A DNA stretch of 64,000 bases from Lytechinus pictus (taxonomy: Eukaryota). Position 1 is the first letter of the stretch. Each line of letters begins with the position of its first letter. Positions 12,101 through 21,100 of this stretch are shown here, piece by piece. Under the pieces are notes generated by a model. That model did not search any database and had not been told where the DNA came from. It saw nothing but the letters and a program-made list of their open reading frames with translations. The stretch spans positions 7,006,001 to 7,070,000 of the forward strand of contig NC_087254.1 in NCBI RefSeq assembly GCF_037042905.1, in the 5' to 3' direction. The position numbers and the translations under genes are program-made.

Positions 12101-15100
12101 AATTATTACATTTGTGGGTAAAGTGATATTACATTTGTGGATGCAACATCCCCCCCCCCCCTCCAGTAGATGGGGTTAGTATACAATAATGTAATGCTTA
12201 CCAAAGCTACACACTGGTGTCCAGCTCTTTGGCAGTGAATGAGAGCTACAAGGGCAAGAAGATTACCAATGTGAAGACTATCGGCAGTAGGATCTACTCC
12301 ACAGTAGATGCACTGGGGGCTGGACATCAGAAGCTTCGGCAACTCATCACTGTATACACCAAATTCAAACAAACATTCATTTATTACTCAGGGACTTTAT
12401 GGCACTGATGCATCAACTGGTGGTTGTTTCATAAAGCTGTTTGTAAGTTGCAAATGACTTAACACATAACTGGGGCCCGTCTTACAAAGAGTTGTAATTG
12501 ATCCATTCAATCGCAACTATGGAAAGTCGGCAACGTCAACATCTAAAATACATGTTTGTTCAAAATATTTTCTAGAAATGATGTACATTCACACATTCGC
12601 TGTTTTCTTGACAATTCAGTTTGCTTCTCTTTGTTTTCAGAGGACATTGAGCAAACTTCCTGTCGAAAAAAATCATGACATTGATTGATTTCCATGTATC
12701 AATTGATTGGATTAATTGTAAGTCTTTGTAAGACGGGGCCCTGGTGATCTATTCTTGTGCTATGTATCTAAGTTGCTGATGCATACAGTTGTGCACAATT
12801 TTAAGGACAGCTTCATGAAACGCCTAAATTGCCACTTAGACACCCATCTTGTCTACTTTTTATGTAGTTCCATCTGACAAGGTCTAATCAGAGTATGTAC
12901 ACCATCAGTTTGTTGGTAAACTGCCAATTCGTCTATTGCCATCTCATCCATCTCTACCTTCCAATAGTCTAATGCCATTTTGTCTAATAGCCATTTGGTC
13001 CAATAACCATTTGGTCTAATAATCACTTTGCCTAATCACCAGTTCGTCCAAGACCATTTCGTCTCATAACCAGTTGGTCTAATACCTATTTTCATTTCAT
13101 TCATTTCGTCCAATTATACTAAATGGTATATGGAGTAAAAGGCTTTTGGACCGACTGATAAGTAGACGAAATGGTGAGTGGACGAAATGGCATTTAGACC
13201 AAGTAGAAAGTGGACGACTTGATGGTTACCCAAATGATAGACGAATTGGTAATGGTCGTATTGGCATTAGATCAATTGGAAATAAACCCATTTTGTCTAC
13301 TAACCCTTAAGTCAAACTGACATTCGACCCATCTATCATTTCATCCCATTTCCAGTTACTCTTTACCCACTTAATCAAATATCCACTTGGCCAAACACCA
13401 GTCGATATGATTAAATTAAATGTTTATGAACCAAATTTTCATTTGACATAGTGATTAATAATAGTAAACAAAGTGGAAACTAGACCATCTGGACATCACA
13501 CTAATGGGGCATTGCAAGAAACTTGTGATCAATTACAAGTCTATTTTCAGCCCCTAAATCAGTCACAAGTTTTGAAATTAATTGCAAATTTGTAACTGAT
13601 TTCTAATATGCTTCCTGAAACAAGCAGTGTAATCCGATTTGCTAGAGTTGAAATTCTATCAATTGTAAAATAGCAGTAGAATATTTGCAACTGATTGCAA
13701 ATGTTTTCTTGCAACACCCCTGAGTCTTTATAAATACCAAGTGATGGTTGGACAAAATTGATACATGTAGCAGAAGTGGACTAATGGTGTAAGATTGTAT
13801 GAGAATTAGACCACCTGCCAATAGACCAAATGAATACAGGTCCATACACGACTTAGCATTAATGTTAATGGTAACCTAACCATCCATGCTATAAACCTTT
13901 GATTTCCAGTGGCTGATGGGCAGGGACAGAGTTACTATGAAAATTATTATTAACACAGTAAATATTGTTTATGCAACAAGGCTCTGAAAGTTAAAAAAGC
14001 TAGACTTAAAACAGTTGACCAACTAAGAACAAAAATGTAATATATGCAACATTTACAGAAAAGGTGACAAAGGTATTCAAGAAATTTAATTTTTTCAACT
14101 TTTAAAACCCAAAATCAAGAATATAATACTGTCATACACGTAGTTCACTATCTTACAAAGAATCTTTCCATTCAATTTGAACCTGGCCTGGATGGAACTA
14201 AAATATTAACGAACCTCTTCATTCTGTTTTCTCATTCCTCCCTTTGCATTTAATTCTTTCTCACATCGTTCCGTGCCAGCCTTGCGAGTGACTTGCGGGT
14301 AACTATTTTTGCACCCGCAGGTCAGCCGCATTGACAGTATCTTGCGCGCAAGTCTGATTTGCACGCAGAAAAGTTTTGAACATACTCAAAACATTTTTGC
14401 GGGTGAGCTGCAGGCAATCACCCGCAAGGCTTGCGCGGAACAATGTGACAAGGCCTTTACAATCAAATCTCGTTGAAATGACATTACCTTTGAGGTGGGA
14501 ATACATCATTGAAGACCCCTCTTTGGTGGAGAGTCAATACATTACTGTGAGTGCAGTATGACCGTCTTCCATTCTGAATAACAAGCTGTAATTGGACGTG
14601 TCTCGTTAATAGTCTGTAATCAAACAAACAAGATATTAATATTGTCAGTGAAACAACAAAAGATTGCTTTCATATTCATCTGGCAATGAATTTAAATCTT
14701 CTGAGTTCTGAGTGTATGTTTATCTATTTTACATGTCCAATAAACACTTATTCTTCTCTTCTCAAGTACTTCCAAACAGTTCAAATGTGAATAACTAGAG
14801 GAATGTAAAACTAATCTTGAAGAATGCCACCTATCCTTTTTGACTTAAATCAAAAGCATCCTCCCCTAACCTCGTGCATTATACCAGACCAAATGTCCTG
14901 CACTGTAAAACATCAATATCAAGATTATGAGGTCAAACCTCAGCATTTTCCCCTCAGATTCTATGTGGGCCGGGAGCCCCCCCCTCAACGATTCGCACAA
15001 TATTTTCGCCGTGCGACATTTTTTGACGGCGCCGCTCACTGATTTTTTTACTTTAAAGTCTTGCGTATCTTTTGACAGCAAATTTGAGGCGCCTGGGTAC

Positions 15101-18100
15101 ATGTTTCCAAAATTACGCGACATTTTGTAAATGCATGTCAGACAGAAAATTGCTCAAGAATGTGAGTTCATGCACAAAGTCAATGCAAATTGTGTTTTCA
15201 ATCAAAAATCATAATTGTATGATTATTTTTAGTTTTGCTGGTCTAAATGGATTCATTTTATGCTATTTATGATCTCAAAAGAGTCCCCGACAAAGTTCAT
15301 CCAAAAAACAATGAAAAACAATAGGTAAAAAAACCCAAAGAAATACATAAGAATTTGCAAAAAACAATAGGCCTATATTAAGTGAAAATTTGTGTAAATT
15401 AGGGAGACCGCAAATTTTTCTATTTCATCAACCACTTCATTAAACTGTCTGATTTTTTCAGATCTTGATAAAAATAGTGCAAAATAGAAATCTACCAAAT
15501 TTCATAGTAATCCATGAATTGGTTTTTGAGTAATAATCAAATGAATTTCGAATGAAATTCCACCAAATGCTCCCAATAGGCTCTGTAGTATAATTTGTCA
15601 CAACACACACACAGCTGAAACACACGGCCACACACAGAGTGCAGATATTTTGTATGCAGTTTTGCATTGGGCTTTCTGGAGTAGTTGGGGTAAGGGTATT
15701 TTTAAAGCAATTCTGACACTTGATCCTTAGGGAAAGGTGAAAAATTTGTTTTTCCATTGGATTTGCCATTATCAATACTACAAAAACCCGCTAGTTTACA
15801 AAAATATGGTACTTTTAATCACAAGATACGAGACTTTGAACTTCCTTTTTTAATGCCACATCAAAATTATGGTAATAACCAAATGTAAACTGAGTAGGCT
15901 ATTTGGAGCATTTTATTCGCTTTAATTTGATACCAAAATCATTAAATTTGGATAACGGGATCATATGTCAGAAATGCGTTGAACGTTGATTTTTCCCTCA
16001 AAACCATGACCATTTTTGGCTGTGTGAATGCAGTGAAAAGGGTGAAATTATTTGCTCTGTGCGCAGTCTTGTCTTGTCTTTCCGCTAATGCCCACAATCA
16101 TTATATTGATTATTATGGCATATGAACGTCAAGATTGACTTGACCTGAATTTTTCCGGGACCGGCAGGTGCAATACACCGGGTGAACACCCTACTCTTTG
16201 ACGAATAGTGTATTGGTTTTAAGTTTAACGTGCATAGGTAATGACTCTCCTATACACAGGACCAACATTTGCATCCTTTCCCGATGGACAGAGTGTTTTC
16301 CAACTGCATTCACACCTGCACTGAATACAGTGGTGAGGCACGCTAACACACAACGCTATATAATAGCTGCATCAGATTTTTTGTTAAGGCCACCGCACAC
16401 CTTACGACTGTTCGCGATCCGATTTTGGAACAAATCGCATTTTGCTCAATTTCTGAAAATGTGAATGGAACATATCATTTTATTTGAGGTTGATATTAAT
16501 TGAAAGAATACTAGTATAACCATTTTGAAAGATTGCAAGCCTTTATTTTGGAGTAAAAGCCAAATTAGTTTCAAATCGTAGCCAATCGTACGACTGCTAT
16601 GACGTCATTACGACTAGATATTAAATTTGCTCTTATTCTAAGAAGGATGATAGCATAGTCACAGATTTGAACATAGGGTATTCGTACGATGATTTCGAAC
16701 ATTAAACATTAAGATATTTCAAGTCTCAATATTGGCATCAAATTCTACTACGTTTTATTCCAAAATTGAGTCGCAGATCAATCGTAAGGTGTGTGGTCGC
16801 CTTTAGACCGTTTCGGCATGAGCGGGACTCAAACCCCTCACGTTTTAGATCTACGATCTTATCCGAAACATGCGCTCTAACTGACTGAGCTACGCTGCCT
16901 ACAAATACAATCACCCTAGTATTAGTTTTAATTGTTTGTAAAGATTGTGATGTTGCATGAATTTTATATTTCCCCCCATAAAATCCCACCTTTGTCACTC
17001 GGAATATCAGGGCGAGTTCACGGGCTCAATGTTCGGGTAGGTGGAGCGTAGTGTAGGGGTAGTGAAGTGGAGCCTGCATGAACATCGCTTGAGACTGAGT
17101 ACCTCAAGTGAAGTTCGTGCAGGCCACCCAAGGGTACATTACCGCCGCCGTCCACAGGATAACCACTTGCACGGCACTTGCAATGCCTTTCGGGCTATAT
17201 ATTTTAAATTAGCAATATATATGGATTTAAGATCAGATAAGCTTTGGATATGAAACTTACAAAACGATATGAAGCCAATTTCAATTCCTCTCTGTCTTTC
17301 TGGTACTTTATATCAATGATTTTTCTTGATGTCGAAGCAGGCATGGCGCCGATTCGCTGGTTCTCTCTATACGCACAGAGAGGGCGCGCGATATTATTTA
17401 ATAAATTTGCTTGTTTACGTCGTTTACGTCAGATCAGCTGTACTGCTGGTTGCGTTCTAGGCGCTCCGCATTTTTTTCGCTGTTCAGCGTTATTTTATGA
17501 TGTAGCGCCATCAGCGATTATACGTGACATGCAACCTGTTGATTTTTGGTACAATTTCCTATTATGCGCCGGCGACTTGAATCTAGACTGTTCGATAGGA
17601 AAAATTCGCATTTTGATTGTTGTTTGCGTAATTTCCACCGCAGTATGAAGGATGACTAAGGACGGATCGAACGAAGTATCGTGGTTGAGATTTGGAGGTA
17701 AGCAATAAAAACACTTTTATAAATAATTTCCAATTCCTTTTTACAATGAACTTAAATGATACGATCAAGATTAACATAGTGGAAAAATATTGAAAGGTTT
17801 GGCGTGTTTTAGTCCCTCACATTCGTGTGATGAATGAAAACGTCAAAATGCACTATGAAATCACATGCGTTGTGCGAGGTTAGTATACTAACCTCGCATG
17901 TTGTGTGAGTGGTGCAGGCTCCAATCCCTTTCCCTTTTTCTTGAGCTTCCAACACACACCCTTCTATTCTGGTGTCCTCCTTCATTTACAATGAAAAACA
18001 ATAGGTAAAAAAACCCAAAGAAATACATAAGAATTTGCAAAAAACAATAGGCCTATATAAAGTGAAAATTTGTGTAAATTAGGGAGACCGCAAATTTTTC

Positions 18101-21100
18101 TATTTCATCAACCACTTCATTAAACTGTCTGATTTTTTCAGATCTTGATAAAAATAGTGCAAAATAGAAATCTACCAAATTTCATAGTAATCCATGAATT
18201 GGTTTTTGAGTAATAATCAAATGAATTTCGAATGAAATTCCACCAAATGCTCCCAATAGGCTCTGTAGTATAATTTGTCACAACACACACACAGCTGAAA
18301 CACACGGCCACACACAGAGTGCAGATATTTTGTATGCAGTTTTGCATTGGGCTTTCTGGAGTAGTTGGGGTAAGGGTATTTTTAAAGCAATTCTGACACT
18401 TGATCCTTAGGGAAAGGTGAAAAATTTGTTTTTCCATTGGATTTGCCATTATCAATACTACAAAAACCCGCTAGTTTACAAAAATATGGTACTTTTAATC
18501 ACAAGATACGAGACTTTGAACTTCCTTTTTTAATGCCACATCAAAATTATGGTAATAACCAAATGTAAACTGAGTAGGCTATTTGGAGCATTTTATTCGC
18601 TTTAATTTGATACCAAAATCATTAAATTTGGATAACGGGATCATATGTCAGAAATGCGTTGAACGTTGATTTTTCCCTCAAAACCATGACCATTTTTGGC
18701 TGTGTGAATGCAGTGAAAAGGGTGAAATTATTTGCTCTGTGCGCAGTCTTGTCTTGTCTTTCCGCTAATGCCCACAATCATTATATTGATTATTATGGCA
18801 TATGAACGTCAAGATTGACTTGACCTGAATTTTTCCGGGACCGGCAGGTGCAATACACCGGGTGAACACCCTACTCTTTGACGAATAGTGTATTGGTTTT
18901 AAGTTTAACGTGCATAGGTAATGACTCTCCTATACACAGGACCAACATTTGCATCCTTTCCCGATGGACAGAGTGTTTTCCAACTGCATTCACACCTGCA
19001 CTGAATACAGTGGTGAGGCACGCTAACACACAACGCTATATAATAGCTGCATCAGATTTTTTGTTAAGGCCACCGCACACCTTACGACTGTTCGCGATCC
19101 GATTTTGGAACAAATCGCATTTTGCTCAATTTCTGAAAATGTGAATGGAACATATCATTTTATTTGAGGTTGATATTAATTGAAAGAATACTAGTATAAC
19201 CATTTTGAAAGATTGCAAGCCTTTATTTTGGAGTAAAAGCCAAATTAGTTTCAAATCGTAGCCAATCGTACGACTGCTATGACGTCATTACGACTAGATA
19301 TTAAATTTGCTCTTATTCTAAGAACGATGATAGCATAGTCACAGATTTGAACATAGGGTATTCGTACGATGATTTCGAACATTAAACATTAAGATATTTC
19401 AAGTCTCAATATTGGCATCAAATTCTACTACGTTTTATTCCAAAATTGAGTCGCAGATCAATCGTAAGGTGTGTGGTCGCCTTTAGACCGTTTCGGCATG
19501 AGCGGGACTCAAACCCCTCACGTTTTAGATCTACGATCTTATCCGAAACATGCGCTCTAACTGACTGAGCTACGCTGCCTACAAATACAATCACCCTAGT
19601 ATTAGTTTTAATTGTTTGTAAAGATTGTGATGTTGCATGAATTTTATATTTCCCCCCATAAAATCCCACCTTTGTCACTCGGAATATCAGGGCGAGTTCA
19701 CGGGCTCAATGTTCGGGTAGGTGGAGCGTAGTGTAGGGGTAGTGAAGTGGAGCCTGCATGAACATCGCTTGAGACTGAGTACCTCAAGTGAAGTTCGTGC
19801 AGGCCACCCAAGGGTACATTACCGCCGCCGTCCACAGGATAACCACTTGCACGGCACTTGCAATGCCTTTCGGGCTATATATTTTAAATTAGCAATATAT
19901 ATGGATTTAAGATCAGATAAGCTTTGGATATGAAACTTACAAAACGATATGAAGCCAATTTCAATTCCTCTCTGTCTTTCTGGTACTTTATATCAATGAT
20001 TTTTCTTGATGTCGAAGCAGGCATGGCGCCGATTCGCTGGTTCTCTCTATACGCACAGAGAGGGCGCGCGATATTATTTAATAAATTTGCTTGTTTACGT
20101 CGTTTACGTCAGATCAGCTGTACTGCTGGTTGCGTTCTAGGCGCTCCGCATTTTTTTCGCTGTTCAGCGTTATTTTATGATGTAGCGCCATCAGCGATTA
20201 TACGTGACATGCAACCTGTTGATTTTTGGTACAATTTCCTATTATGCGCCGGCGACTTGAATCTAGACTGTTCGATAGGAAAAATTCGCATTTCGATTGT
20301 TGTTTGCGTAATTTCCACCGCAGTATGAAGGATGACTAAGGACGGATCGAACGAAGTATCGTGGTTGAGATTTGGAGGTAAGCAATAAAAACACTTTTAT
20401 AAATAATTTCCAATTCCTTTTTACAATGAACTTAAATGATACGATCAAGATTAACATAGTGGAAAAATATTGAAAGGTTTGGCGTGTTTTAGTCCCTCAC
20501 ATTCGTGTGATGAATGAAAACGTCAAAATGCACTATGAAATCACATGCGTTGTGCGAGGTTAGTATACTAACCTCGCATGTTGTGTGAGTGGTGCAGGCT
20601 CCACTCCACTTCACTACCGCTACACTACGCTCCACCCACCCAAGGGTTCATTAGTACATGCCACCACGCACAGAAGAATCAAGCCATAGTCATAGAAGTC
20701 GTGTGTTGTGGATCGTGGACACCAAAAGTGGGATCGCAGCACGCGCGACCCACTAGTTAGAAATCCACTGCCAAATGCGGTTCATGGTGCGAGGTTAGTA
20801 TACTAACCTCGCAATACGTGTGAGTGCGCTCCACCTGCCCGAACTTCGAGACCATGAACTCGTTCTGATATTCCGAGTGACAAAGGTGGGATTTTTTTTA
20901 TGGGGGGAAAATATAAAATTCATGCAACATCACGATCTTTAAAAAAAAAAAAAAAATTAAAACTAATATTCTTACTTTACATAAAGTTTCACCTCTTTTC
21001 ATAGACCAAAAGCTTTGGTCTCTGTTATGTTGGTTGTTCAGCTGAACTCCGTTGGCTTCACTCACCAAATACAGAGACCGAAGTTCTAGCGCGATCTGTA

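Larger units (their letters stand above)
15308..20603 (+). repeat. Near-identical 2616-bp tandem duplication (15308-17923 and 17988-20603)
   Basis: Period 2680 bp; only three substitutions noticed; 64-bp unique spacer at 17924-17987. Confidence 0.95.

Noticed and set aside
16814-16899. Functional tRNA-Pro(CGG) gene (also 19494-19579)
   Set aside because: Acceptor stem has mismatches, the T-arm/variable region is truncated, and it continues into a SINE body
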